Below, in pieces: positions 28,173 through 41,469 of a DNA stretch of 64,000 bases. The stretch is from Sphagnum compactum (Eukaryota), in the NCBI GenBank assembly GCA_965153455.1, contig OZ234493.1, forward strand, positions 28,138,213-28,202,212, written 5' to 3'. The notes below the pieces were generated by a model. It saw nothing but the letters and a program-made list of their open reading frames with translations, was not told the DNA's origin and ran no database searches. The translations under genes and the position numbers were made by a program. Position 1 is the first letter of the stretch; every line of letters begins with the position of its first letter.

Positions 28173-31100
28173 TCAGAGCTTGATTTTGATTCGCTCTGAC
28201 CACTTGAGCAGGTCGGAATGAATTCTGTTACCACCAAGCTGATCACCAGTTTGTCCAGCTGCAACTCTCAATATATCTTCTATCAAAGCAAAGTTCCCCA
28301 TAATGTCAACATGGCTCCCACTTTCTGTGCCACGGCCCTCAAAGAAATTTGCAGGGGGAGAGTGGTTATATTCCTTCACGAAACTGGGGCTGCCAGCTGG
28401 ATTAAAGCGAGTCTTGCCATGCCATAGTTTGGCACACGCAAATCCAGAACTCAAAACTGGCACTGTTTCATCCCCATCCACAAACTGAACACCCCCTTTC
28501 AGGGACCCCTCAGAGTCTCCATTTGCTGTCCCATCAATACGGAATGGGATGTAGCAAGTATCAGTGGGGGGTGAGATTTTGTAGATGTACGACCTTTCTG
28601 TTGGAATGCCAACACCATAGAGGCAATACACCTCCATTTCTGGTGCATTAGGTAACCTGTTATGCATCAACAATAGAAAAAGAGGCAAGCCAACTCAATG
28701 GCTTTCTTGAAATACTATGATGAATTGCGCATAATCTACTTATAAATTTCTGCTACATATTGTGCATAATAATAATTATTTCTACTTATTATAAATCAGT
28801 AGTAATTACTTACTACTTATTAATTAATTAGTAGTAAATATTAAGTATTTAATAGGAGAAATAATACTTAAGTAATTATTTATTACTATTTATTATAGTA
28901 TAACTTGCACATAATAAGTAGCAATACTATGATGAATTGCACATTAGCCTCTAAAAATAGAATGCAGATCACTGATTGTGCTGAATGGAAGTGGGAGAAA
29001 AGATTGGCAATGTTTGTGAACTCACATTGTCTCCAAGGGATTTGACCAGTGCCGGAAATGTTGGTACTTGGGATCACTTAAGTCATCTGCAAGACCGAAA
29101 CCCCAATTCTCCTCACCACGGGCCATAAGCTTGGGAGCAACTCGCCTTAAAAGCTCAACCAATTCTCCAGCAGTATAGACCTCATGGCTGGCAATATCTC
29201 CAATGTTGTCCCACTCCATCTCTTGGTACTCCGTCCATACATCTCCACAGGATGCACTCGAGTTCATTGTCCTGTTGCTTGGTGGAGTCTGGAGCCACAA
29301 ATGGATGCTTCCTCTCTCAATTGTTTAATCATTACAACAATTTCTACCATTCCTTATCATTCATTGATGAGATTTTTCACTGTTTCTTTTAGCTATTTTC
29401 TGTGCATTTTGCTATGTGCTTTACAAAAACTTGTCTGAAATTTGGTTTACTTACTGGAAAGCAGAAATAAGCTACTTCCACATTATCAGACATCTGACCT
29501 TAGGAGGTGGTTCTTTCTTGAGAAGGGCAGAATGATCCAGCACTGCTGCTTCTTTGCCAAAGGCCACCATCCGACCATAGTGTGCAACAGGTTTTCCATG
29601 CACCCCTTTTACCACTGCAGAGTCATCATCTGCACATTCTTGAGGAACAGAATTTTCACTGGCAATGGTATCCTCTGTTATATTCTCGGGGATTGATCTT
29701 TTCTGTGAGCAGTCATAACCTTCCTCTGGAGACCATGAGGCATTCCCCCATATTGCATTACCACCTTTCGGAATCATGGACATGCAGGCGTCCCATGAGC
29801 GTGTCACTCGCATAATGTATTGCAAAGTTTGGAGACCAAATACATCACTACTTAAAATTTCTGGTGCAATTGCTCTGCATAATAATAAGCATGATTTAAA
29901 AACTTCTGGTGTGACTGCCCAGCACAATAAACATCAGTTTAGCAAGAGTATGTTTTATCTTAATTGCCAACTGTATGCAGCAAAGTACATGGCTAAACCC
30001 TTTTGTTTCTACTCTCAATTGAGAACATGTTCTTTTCACAGTCTGAAATACATTGAAATACATTGGAATAACAAGGGGGAATTTTCAGCTTTGATGACTC
30101 AAGTTGTCAATCTCAAACTGATAAAGCTGAACCTCATGCTTGCTTATTCAAAACAGGTGCTTACCTAGCAACAGCAATGTCTTTGGCTTCAGCAGAAAAG
30201 AGGCCTGGAAAGGCCTTGGGAACGCCAAGAAAGGTGCCAGCAATGTTCATCACAGCTCTTATATGGCGAGCACACCAATCAGGTCCACCACCACCACCCA
30301 TAGGTGGGGCTGTCTCCACCCACTTGAGAAAATGCAAGAAGAAGAGTGAGCCCATGGAGTGTGGAATGACAACCACTTTATTCCCATGGTTTGTTTGTAC
30401 CATGGACTCAATTGTGCTCTTTAACCTGCTCAAAGATGCATCCCGTACCTGATTATCATTACATTACACAACATGAGTCAAACTTATCTTGTATTCCTAA
30501 GAGTATACTGAAGTGCCATTAGGTGGGTGAGAAAGCCAATGTTGAAGCTCTATAGAAGTACAACCTTACTCATTTCTCAACATGAAAGGAATTTCTGATT
30601 AGTGGGACACTTAATCTTCTAGCATAGCACTTATATATACATGAGTAAGATCTGAATGCCAAATCTATATACTTTCAACCCTTGAGAAAGTTTTGCAAAG
30701 TTTGGGAATCCACGGTGAGCTTATTACACAGTACCTCAGTATTCTGGAATGTAAGGCGCCAATCATATGAAGTCATGTACATGTTCTTTTCCTCATAGCC
30801 TATGCTTGCAAGGTTCTCAATCAGAACAGCCCACACAAAATAGCCAGGTGCAAAATAGTCAGCTGCTACCAGTCCTGACACAGGTCGCACCCGAATTCCT
30901 TCGGGATCCAGTCCTGTCTCATTGTCCAGCATGATGTGTTCCATCCAACATCTGGGCCTGCACCAAAGCAATGAACAGTGCTGTGAGGAGATCTTGTAGT
31001 CACTCTGCAAAATTTGTCAGTAATCCATACATATACCTCTAGACACACAACTCTTGACTATTCAGTGAACCCTTGAGTGCTTTGAAAGGCTTTTTCTCTG

Positions 31101-31890
31101 ATAATCCCAAGATCGTACTGACATCTAGACAAGAGGTTTCTCCTATTCTGAATTCAGAGTTTGGAAGTTGATCAAAGAGCGATAGGTTATTTAACTGGGT
31201 ACTTGCAAGTAACAGACTGTTCAGAAGTGATCTATCAAAATGTAGCTTTAGAGACATTTTCAGTAGGGAAAAGGTAAGCTGAAGATGCAAGCTCCATAGA
31301 CGTTGTCCGGGTACTATTAGCTTCATAGAGACTGTCCAGACACTACTGATGAATAGCAAGTCCCGGCCCCTAAGCCGGGATGATGATGATGTGTGAAAGA
31401 AAAGTTAGAGGATTTGATCACGAACTACATACCTCGTGTAGATTTTGCCAAAATTGCCACCCCAGAGACGTTTCCGAAACAGCCCATGAGCACAGGGCTT
31501 CCCCTCCCACATTTCCAAGCCGCCTGTGACAATCCCAGGCACAAACACCACAGGATGCTTGGCTAAAAGTCCCTCCTTCCTAAGCATAGTCCCCGGTGGA
31601 TCAGGAAGCGGGCCGCTGATTTTCTCTGTCACAAACTGGGGTACTGACTCAGGTAATGCATGGTACAAAACAGCTAAGACAAAGGAGAGGACACAAACAC
31701 ACCCTATGAACCAACAGCATGTGTCTATGCAGCTCCATCTTGTGACCTTGGATTTCTTCCTCCGCTTCTTCTGTTGGTGATGGGGCTTCGATTCATGCTC
31801 ATCTGTGTCTGACGAGTTCTTGCTCCTGTCCGACAATTGTGGGTTTCCAAAATCTGCCCCTGAGTCCTTGCTCACTTTCCTTTGCTTCAT
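28173..31890 (-). CDS. PDAT: Phospholipid:diacylglycerol acyltransferase (LCAT family), about 6 exons
   Basis: WSCIDTCCWFIG TM region, HPVVFVPGIVTGGLEMWEG, AADYFAPGYFVWAVLIENLA, YDWRL, catalytic VIPHSMG, YCLYGVGIPTERSY, DGDETVP, SHVDIMGN. Confidence 0.95.
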
Positions 31891-32562
31891 CTCTCCTCAC
31901 CGAGAGAGAAGGCAGCTCGTTATGTCAGTTCAACATGATTGTTGGTACCTTTGAAGCTCCAAAGCAAACATTGCTGCACAAACCTATCCAAAAGCTTCTA
32001 TGTTTTGAGCTGCGAACAGTATCTGCAACAACGGTCCCCACAGCTCCTCTTATGGAAACGTCTACCTGGAAAAAGTCACAGTTTCATACAAACCACTGCT
32101 CAATCGCGTCTCTTGAAGAAAGCCCACCTCACGAAAGCGACAAATTTCCCAGCCCGCAAGCCTAACACATGTTCCCTTGAACTACTTTCATATTCTCAAT
32201 TTGATTGAACTCTAGAACCAACAATTCAGCTCAAACTTCTGCAAACCACCATGACAACTGTAGAGTCTAAGATGAGACGGTGATCAAAATCCCTGTTTCA
32301 TACGACACAATTCCTCAGACAGAGAGCAGGGTTTTACAAGAAGCAAAAGCAAACTAAAAAGCACCAGTCATGCTCACTCTCAGAAACTAGAGAACAAAAC
32401 AACATGGATATGTTATAGCTGGAAAGAGACGATTGAATTCACCACCTGCGATACCCGGCACTCCTTTCCTCTTCTCGACAGACACAATTTCTACTTTTTC
32501 AAGGTCAAATCTTCTTCGCCAAAATCAAACTGGATTGACTTTGCGACTCTGTGCTTACATTT

Positions 32563-32634
32563 TGGTGTGAAATGAAATGCTCTCGTAGTTTGTGAATGTG
32601 GTGTGAAATTAAATGCTCTCGTAGTTTGTGAATG
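32563..32634. repeat. 36-bp tandem duplication upstream of PDAT
   Basis: tggtgtgaaat(g/t)aaatgctctcgtagtttgtgaatg x2, one mismatch. Confidence 0.9.
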
Positions 32635-34384
32635 CGATTTATTTTGGGTAAGTACCTTTCGTTCTTAGTATCTATTAAAGAACTTAATCACAAGGAGCAG
32701 CCAGGGTTGAAAGATCCCAAACCTTGTGGTAGTGAGTTAAAGTGACAAGAATTTTCTTTTTCTAGTTCGGTTTCCTTCTACAGATTCTTCACACCTGGCA
32801 TTGAGGGTAGTGTTCCTGCTTTTCACTTCCTAAACCTCGATCATCGTCACCCTGTTAAAACCCTGTGATTGTGTCAAGTGCTTGTAGGTTTTCCCGTTTA
32901 CAAGATGCTCTCAGTTCACAGACTTTATGTGCTTTGGAAAATCACATAACATATGCAGTGGCATGTGATTGGGAAGAAGAAACTGGGGTGTCAAAAACTT
33001 CGACCAAAAATTACATGCACATTGCTGAGATCGACAGCAATCATCATCCTCTCTCATGAAATCAAAGAACCAACGGCTTGGAAACTGTTTCGTAAAGATG
33101 GGATGTCTGAGGAATGGGTTAGGACTACAAAGTACTACCTAGGCAGACACTATCCGGTGTAAAATTCTGCATACGTGAATTTGTGGGCGAGGTGTCGTTC
33201 ACTGCTTTGAACAGCACATCATCAGCTTTTGTATGCGCGTTGTCATTTTGTTAAAAGGATTTGGTATGCTCAGATAAATTCACAGCAGTGGACAAGTGTA
33301 CGTTGTTGCCCGTTTGCCTGCTGATTTGCTACATGGTTCGAAGAAAAGGGTCCATACAAAGCCAATCCAAAAGCAGCCTGTGCAGGTGTTTTCTTTCCCT
33401 TCCTGAAGGAAAACTCCCAAAAAAGCATCTGTGCAAATCTAATCAAAGTACAAATCTGTCCAAGCAGAATCATCCCCTTTCACTTCGGCATGGCACCTTC
33501 TAATTTAGTATACAGAACTTTATGCCCCAGGTTCCAAAGGTGGGTCTGTGTGTGATGAGTTCTTGTTATTGATGCCTGAGTTGGCTGCATAATAAGTTTG
33601 GGTTCATAGCTTGTAGGTTTCCAACCACCCTAACTATATGGAACAAGCATGGGGAAGAAACCTCATAGAAATTAGGAACATCATTCAACTTCCAGCCACT
33701 AACCACAAACACAAGATTTATGGACATGATAAGCTTCTATGTTTTAAACAATCTCAACTTTATGAAAATAAGAATGGGGAGAAAACCCACAGAAGGCAGG
33801 GAGCTCATTCAACTTGCTGACAGTAACCACATGCACAAGACTAAGTGAGAATATGATAATCATCTTTATGCATTTGTTTCATCACAAAAAACAACGGGTA
33901 AAACCACTCAGCTATAGAGACAAAATTAGGGCAAAGTTAGCCATGCTCATTGTGAAGGACAAATGACGTTTATTGTTTTGTTCTATTTGGAATTGCAGGC
34001 TTGACTAAAAGGCATTTGGCATTGCAGTACAAGCCACACACACACACACACACACACAGTATACATATACTTATACAGTAAGACCAAGATGAGTTTTGGC
34101 CATCCCCATTCACAAGTAGTGTTCCAAATGAATAGGGCCATTGCAAGCTTGGGGCTTGTCAATTAGATCCTTACTCAAATTATAGTGTATCAATAATGCC
34201 AAGCTGCTGGAAGATTTCTGCTACTGTGTCAAACAAAAGTATGAAATGTGCCCAATTTCTTTAGTGTAAGGTTTTCAGACTTCTCCTTTCCAAGAAATGG
34301 AAAGCCTGCTTGAGCAGCAAACTCAATAGAATTGGTGTGATTACACAAAAGATGAAAGAAAGTTGATCACACTGCTTTCTACTT

Positions 34385-37300
34385 TCAGTGAGCTTTGCCT
34401 GGGCTTGGACACTGATAGCATGCCTGAAAGAATCCAAAGCTGTCAATTTGCTGCACAAAGTTGGTGAAGCTTGCCCATCCCCCCAATCCAAAGCCAACCA
34501 CAAAAACAAAAGTGGCCACAAATCCGCTGATGCAGAACATATTGAACCAGTTTTGCAACAGCTTAGGTGGTTTCCACACTGAAGCCTGCAGAAAAGGAGT
34601 ATAACATTCAGAACTGTCAATCCATGTCTTATAGTACTCACATTGGACAGTTGTTTGGGGCTAAAGACCTTTTAAAGACTCTGATTGTCGCCATCACCAC
34701 AGTACCAAAAATAAATTCCTGCTAAAAATTATGAGGCTGCTCAAGAGAGCACGTTGTATTGAACATCTGCTTGTTGAATCTTCTCAGTAGGTTAAAAGAT
34801 TTTCAAGAGGAAAGGCTAAGAGGATGTCATACAAGACTGAGAGGTACTGCAGGGAGTTGTACCTCTTGTGCTGCTTTAGTGCGGTAGACATAGATAAAAG
34901 TTAGACTGGGGATGATGTAGACAGCGAAGGAGACAAGGAAGGCACCCATCATAGAGTTGATGGGTCCAAAAAATGGGATAGCCAGTGCCAAAAACCAGAT
35001 CACCAACACAACTGGAACACGGGCCAAGGACTTGACTGGATAGTTTGAAGACAAGTGGAGTCCGATTGTCTTCTCCCACATATGAAATATTGGTGTTATG
35101 TTGAGCATGAGTCCAACATACTGCAGAAGTCATTATACACAATGTGTCAGACTGTCTTACAATGTTAATCAACAAATCTCAGTCTTAGAAAGGACCTTGG
35201 ACTACAGCAGAAATGTGAAAACCATGCCAAATCATTCTTTTGAGGGCAGCTATAACCTGATGTGCTATCATGGCAACAATGGCAACATTGCGAGCTGCTG
35301 ATGGTGGCAAAACACTGAACGCATTTGAGTGGTGTAATAGAACATCACCATATGCCCAATATACAGAAACTGAGTTTGGAATGGTCAACAAATATGTGTA
35401 TAACACACAACAGACGTATGCATATTTGTAGTGTTTGGGCTTCCACATGGCCTCCATAATTTCACTGCAGAAGACAACCCAATTAGGCCTAGGTGTGGGC
35501 TACATGGTGTGCTACAAATGACATGTACATGTCAACAAGGCACAGTACAAGAAACCAAGAAGAAAAAAGGGAGCCTTGCCAGCTAGTGGATATGACAATC
35601 TATTGGTCTGTCTGGCTTTACAATAAACTGAAGAAAGCATAAGGAGGCTACTTACACACACAGACCATGGCTGCCAAAGGCAAAGAGTATATTTGTGAGA
35701 CCTGAAAAAAATTGCACCATGTTGTCAGGACCTGAATGCTTCACATTTGGTATCTGCAAAGGTTACACAAAGCTCACCAATCAAGCTTCTTTTTCATAGT
35801 TTCTTGCATCTCAGAGGTCAAGTAGTATGGAAATCAAGTAAGAATGCATGTTGTGAAGTGCTATGCACCTTAGTGCTCCAACATACTGTTGATGGATGAA
35901 TGTTACAGACTATATGATATAGCTGGCATAGGTAAGTACCTGGCCATGTTCCAGGGCAGCTGTGGTCATATAAGCAGAGGTGATGCTAGTGGTGACAATG
36001 CCAATGAATGACAGAAGTCGGAAGTTGTGCAAAGTTGGAATGAGGACACATGGTAAAGCAAGCCCTCCAAATAGATACAACCACTGTCGTTTATTCCAAT
36101 TTGAGTTCATGTAGTACACATCACTGAACAAACAAAAGAGTTCAAAAGTTCAGTTCATCACTGCTTTGTTGTAGTATCTACATTTTTCTTCTTTACCCCT
36201 TCTTCAACAGGCAAGAGTTATCCTTAAATTGATTATAAGCTTACTACTTACACTAGTTACATGCAGACAAGATTGGCACAGATCAGTTCAACTGTCATTA
36301 AGTAGGTCAACAACTTAGTAATTTGGAAGTGCTTGAAGTGGGATTAACATACCTTGAGCAGGCAATGAGTTGCAAAGTACAACCAAATGTCAAAGAGAGA
36401 AGTATGAAGGTTTTGGTGATGTAGTGGCCCCACTTCCCCACTAGGCCTCCAATCACTTCATGGTACTGTCATCCAGCTCCAATAGTTTAGCAAACAGAGA
36501 TGTGAGCTGTTTTGTCTCAAATCCGTGTAAGCCATCTGCTTTCAGTCGGGCTAAAGATTAGATGATCAGCACATTTTCTTGCCTGAAGCATCCCACTACT
36601 CTATGTAGTATAAATGTCAATGACCAATCTGCTTGATTAATAGAAAGTTGCAAGCTAACTTCTAGTTGAAAGCAATTTGGAGCAGCTGATTAAAATCTGC
36701 AGTAACCTCAACAATGAATGACTTTTGAGAACTTTTGGATGTGCTTTGCAGTCATTATGAAGCTGAAAGTATTTTTTACAGCAAACATAATACTGCAAGG
36801 CAAAAGGAATGTTTGTACTACAGGGGCTGAATGTGAGAAGTAGTACTTGGTCATCACAGCTAATGCACAGAGTAGAAAAATCAGGTGGGTTGCTCCTGAC
36901 ATCAATTCATGTGAGAAATAGTTACTTGATCATCACAGCTAACATGAGGAGTAGGAAACCAGGTGGATTGCTCCTGACATCAGTTCATGTGAGAAGTAGT
37001 TATTGGGTCATCATGGCTTTTGCGAGCAGTAGGAGATCAGGTGGATTCAGCCTGGTCTAAGTTCATAACGTTTGGACATTGGAATAAAGTGGTCATGCAA
37101 TTACCTGTAAGATGTGACCTTTCTGATAAGTGCCCGCGAGCATCTTCCTTTGTTTAAGCTCAGCATACATCCAGCTCAACAAAAACACAGTCCAACAGCC
37201 AAAAGCGCCATACACAAATTGGAACAGGATGCCATATTTATACCCCACTTGAGAAAATGTGTAAGGGAATGTGAGTATTACTGATCCCACCTGCAGTCAT

Positions 37301-37788
37301 CCAGTATGTATACCACATTCATTCTGTTATCAGTCTCAGTGTCGCAGAAATTGAACCTTAATTGAGGGAGCTAACTCATACAAACGCTTCGAAACTGGAC
37401 AAAAACTTCGAAGCTGAAATATTCATGGTTGAGAGAAGTATCCTAAGGTTTCTCTCAATCTTGCCCTGGAGCTTAAGAAGATAGTATAACTCAATTGAAG
37501 TGAGGAGAGGGCAGTTGCGATCAGAGCATGGTAGCCGACCTGGGCAGCAACAGCAGTGATCCAAGCATCGAACCAAGTACCGCCGTGCCATATGCTTGTC
37601 TTCAAAATCTGCTTCCATCCCAGAGAAGAGAAATTAAGTTTGGATTTCTGCGAAGCTGTACGAGTAACATCACCGATGGTACTAGCGGTGTAGTGTTCCT
37701 GTGGTTCGTGGGAGGTGAACTCGGTGGCGCAGAGATCTTGAACGTTTGTAACAGGCTCAACTTGCAGTGATGCAGCTTCCGCCGCCAT
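34385..37788 (-). CDS. LAX: AUX1/LAX-like (AAAP family) transporter, divergent, 8 exons
   Basis: WHGGTWFDAW, LTFPYTFSQVG, HILQYHEV, QLIACSSDVYY, IPTLHNFR, TNILFAFGSHG, EIMEAMWKP, ARVPVVLVIWFLALAIPFFGPINS, GFGLGGWASFTNFVQQIDSFGFFQACYQCP. Confidence 0.9.
36831..37047. repeat. Degenerate 78-bp tandem repeat (about 2.8 copies) in a LAX intron
   Basis: Units of the form atgtgagaa...tcatca...agtag...caggtgg start at 36831, 36909 and 36987. Confidence 0.85.
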
Positions 37789-40261
37789 TTTTTCCGCAGC
37801 CACTAAAGGAAGAAACCGCCCTCAAATCACTGGAAATTCTCCTCTCTTTCTTCCAAATGCCTTCTAGAAATCAAATCAGAAGACAGGAGCAAAGATCGAA
37901 TTAGTGAACAATCGGACGAGAAAAGAAGTTGTTTGATCTCATCGTGACGCGAAAACAATACTCGTCATAATATGATAAAGCATTGCATTTACCGACCGCA
38001 GAGAAGAATGTGAGCTCACAACGTCTTCAGGCTGTCTGAACATACTGTTTCCGTATCGCTCCTTTTGACAGGCAACTAAAAAGCTATTCTTTTTGGCAAG
38101 CTCCCATGACCACTACACAGCTGTCTTCAACAATGCACTTTAGCTCCTTGCTTGTCCTCTCTCTCTAGATCTCTCTCTAGCCATTTCTTATGTCGATCGG
38201 CGTCGTTTCCCCGTTTTCTCCTCTCTATCAGTTTACGTACTTACAACCAAGTCTCGTCACTGCAGCGAGGTCTGAAATTTTGGTGAGTAAGAATCCGATG
38301 AGAACAGAGGAGAAAACTGATTAAACCACGGAGGAACAGATAACATCGAACTTTTTTTTCTCAATAGAATCGGTGATGAATGAGTTAATGGAAGAACAAT
38401 ACCCAGTACAGCAATGACTGATGTACTTATGACGAGTGTGGCACCAAGTCAACACTCGTATACGCAAAGTCAGGTATGACACTATGACACTAGTGGTATG
38501 CAGCAGGTGGTGGAAGAAACTTCAGTGAGGATGAACGAAGATTATATTCCAGCATTCAGAAACAATCTTCGTTACAACCCGACAAAGCAAGTTGATGATT
38601 ATTGATGATTAATCAAGTTGCTGGAATTTGTATCAATAATGCAGTACACACAGCATGTCATGGGCATTTGTGCGTTGCCAAAACGTAAATGCAAGAAGTG
38701 TAACTCAACGATGATGATACAAGCAGGCCAGAGTGAACCAGCAGCCACCAATGCACCAGTTGGCCGTTCTGTCCACTGGATGGGTTGCGTTTTTTCATTC
38801 GGCACCGGATGGGGTTCATACAGTCCATTTCTTTTTGCTGCTGACAACTGTACCCCTTTTTTTTTTTTTGGTTCTTGGCCGTTTTTTCTGGACCTGACCT
38901 CACACATAGCTACTCTGCTCACTTTCCTACCCTCATGAGTATTGCACCAACCTTGGTACCTTAATTATTATCCCTTACTGACACAGCTACCCTAATAACT
39001 AGTTATCCTACTGACCTAGCTACTTATACTAACCACCTACCCTACTAACCTAGCTACCCTATTAATTACATACCCTACTAACTTAACCATTGTACTAAGT
39101 ACTTACCCTATTGACCTACCTACCCTACATACACAACCACCCTATTGACATAAGTATTTTACAAACCTAGTCACCTTGAGAAGGTAACTTTTTTTTTATG
39201 TACTAACTTGTTTATCTACCTATCTATCTATCTATCTATGTTTTTTACATAGCCAAATATTTAATTAATTATCTATTCACTTTTTCCACCCCTACCCCCC
39301 CTTCTCAATCCTACCTATCATTTTATTAAGATTCGACTATATGTAAGTATTACAAACAATTTATAGTGAAAACAATGCCATAATTGCATCCATTTTGGTT
39401 TAGTTAATGCATATTTTACTAAATTTTGTTTACCTAATTTATTATTGAATGGACATTACAACACATATTTTCATGTAATTATTATAAGTATGTACTATTG
39501 GATTATGGTTTAGGTTTAGGGTTGAGACGCATAAATTAATTAATAAAATTTTCACAAATGTATAGTAATTAATCTAAAGTAGGTTAAATTTGGGGGGAAA
39601 TTTTTAGGGTTTACACATATGTGAAGTAATACAATTGCATTTCATATCTTTTTCAAAAAGAGTGGAAAAATTAGGTTGGAAAGATCACACAAAGGTAAAA
39701 GACATATCTACTTTTTTGGTCTTGTACGAAATTTATTTGATTATTTTTAAGGATTAACGTATTTTCTTTCAGTTAATAAATATTTATAGTTTAAAACCTT
39801 TGAATTTTGGTTTCTAATTTTTTTCCTATGTTCTTTTAAATTTTTTTATTTTGCATTATATAATTTGTATAGTTTGTATAGTTTTTTGGGTTTAGGGCAT
39901 ACATCACTAATATTTTTTTTTGTTAGGGTTTGTATAGTTAGGGTTGTAACAAGGCTTATGGCAAAATATCATTTGGATTTGTAGGGTTATGTTTTATGAT
40001 TTAGTGTATAGGAATTTGGTTCATATATTTCAGAATTAAATAAATGCTTCAATTACTAATCAAGATTGTTGCCATTGGCACTAAATTTTTTGTTTTAGAA
40101 TCAATTTTGTATGGAAGAAACCATAGCCCAAATTCTTTGAACATCATGGATCCAACACACACATGAAGTCTAATATGGCACAAAGGTTATTATTGTTTCC
40201 AAGTAATAAGCACAAAAAATGTGAAATGCAAAAACACAAGGATAATGAGAATATTAGTGTT

Positions 40262-40438
40262 AAATGCAGGTGTTGTAACTAGGCCCCAAAATCCCAATTG
40301 GTAAAAGTAAGTACAAGTGCAAGTATTGCAATTATGCCCAAAAATTCCAGTTGGTAAAGGTAAGTACAGGTGTAGGTATTACAATGAAACCCCAAAATTC
40401 TAATTGGTAGAGGTAAGTATAAGTCTGGGTATTACAAG
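40262..40438. repeat. 53-bp tandem array (about 3.3 copies)
   Basis: ttggta recurs at 40298, 40351 and 40404. Core approximates tgcaggtattgca. Confidence 0.8.
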
Positions 40439-40574
40439 TTGAAATGAAAAAACAAGCCTAAATGCAATACCCACGTTTCAAAAAAACCCATCTAAATGGT
40501 TTGGATACCCTTAAATGAAGACCTAGCCCTAAACACATTATGCACATGTAAAGTCACTTTGAAATAACCCAACC

Positions 40575-41005
40575 TTAAATGCAATACCTGTAATTTGGGT
40601 CACTCTGAAAGTACGCATGTAGGGTTTAAGCCTTTCTTCAAATGAAGATCCTACCCTAAATGCAATACTTGCATTTTGGGTCACTCCGAAAGTACGCATG
40701 TGGGATTTAAGCCTCTTTATATGAAGATCCTACCCTAAATGCAATTCCTGCATTTTGGGTCATTCCGAAAGTACGCATGTGGGGTTTAAGCCTCTCTATA
40801 TATGAAGATCCTACCCTAAGTGCAATATTTGCATTTTGGGTCATTTCGAAAGTACGCATGTGAGGTTTAAGCTTATTTATATGAAGATCCTACCCTAAAT
40901 GCAATACCTGCATTTTGGGTCACTCTGAAAGTACGCATGTGAGGTTTAAGCCTCTTTATATGAAGATCCTATCTTAAATGCAATACCTACATTTTGGGTC
41001 ATTCT
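40575..41005. repeat. 79-81-bp tandem array (about 5.5 copies) with hairpin and CCCTAAA motif
   Basis: gtacgcatgt recurs at 40611, 40692, 40771, 40852 and 40931. Consensus contains accctaaatgcaatacctgcatttt. Confidence 0.95.
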
Positions 41006-41469
41006 AAAACATTAGTTAATTTCAAAATCATATGCTAACAAAGGTGTGTATAGAGGTTGGGGTTGTTGATTAGGAGTTCCATGATTCTTACTTTGTTTCA
41101 TGAATTTGAAAAGAGGTTGTATTGTTTGTGGAACAAATAATACAATGACAATTGTGATCAAGCTTATCTTGGTGTAGGAATTTTTCATGAAAAAGCTGAA
41201 CTTGCAATCTATAACATGGAATAATTATCTTAAATAGTGATTTCAATAACTTATTAAAAATTTGTCATATAATTAAATAATTAATAGACCATTATTTCAG
41301 ATAATTTAAATGATTAATTATCAAGAATTAGATAATCATTTATTTATTTAAAATAATTAACTAATCATTTGGCCTAACTTTATTTACTTGGATAATAAAA
41401 AGTTGGATCTAAACATCAGATAGATTAATTTGATATTTGATTGATTAACTTAAGTATATTTTTGTAGCC

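Noticed and set aside
40575-41005. Regular repeats with a hairpin, CRISPR-like at first glance
   Set aside because: Whole units repeat with no unique spacers, no cas genes are present, and the context is eukaryotic.
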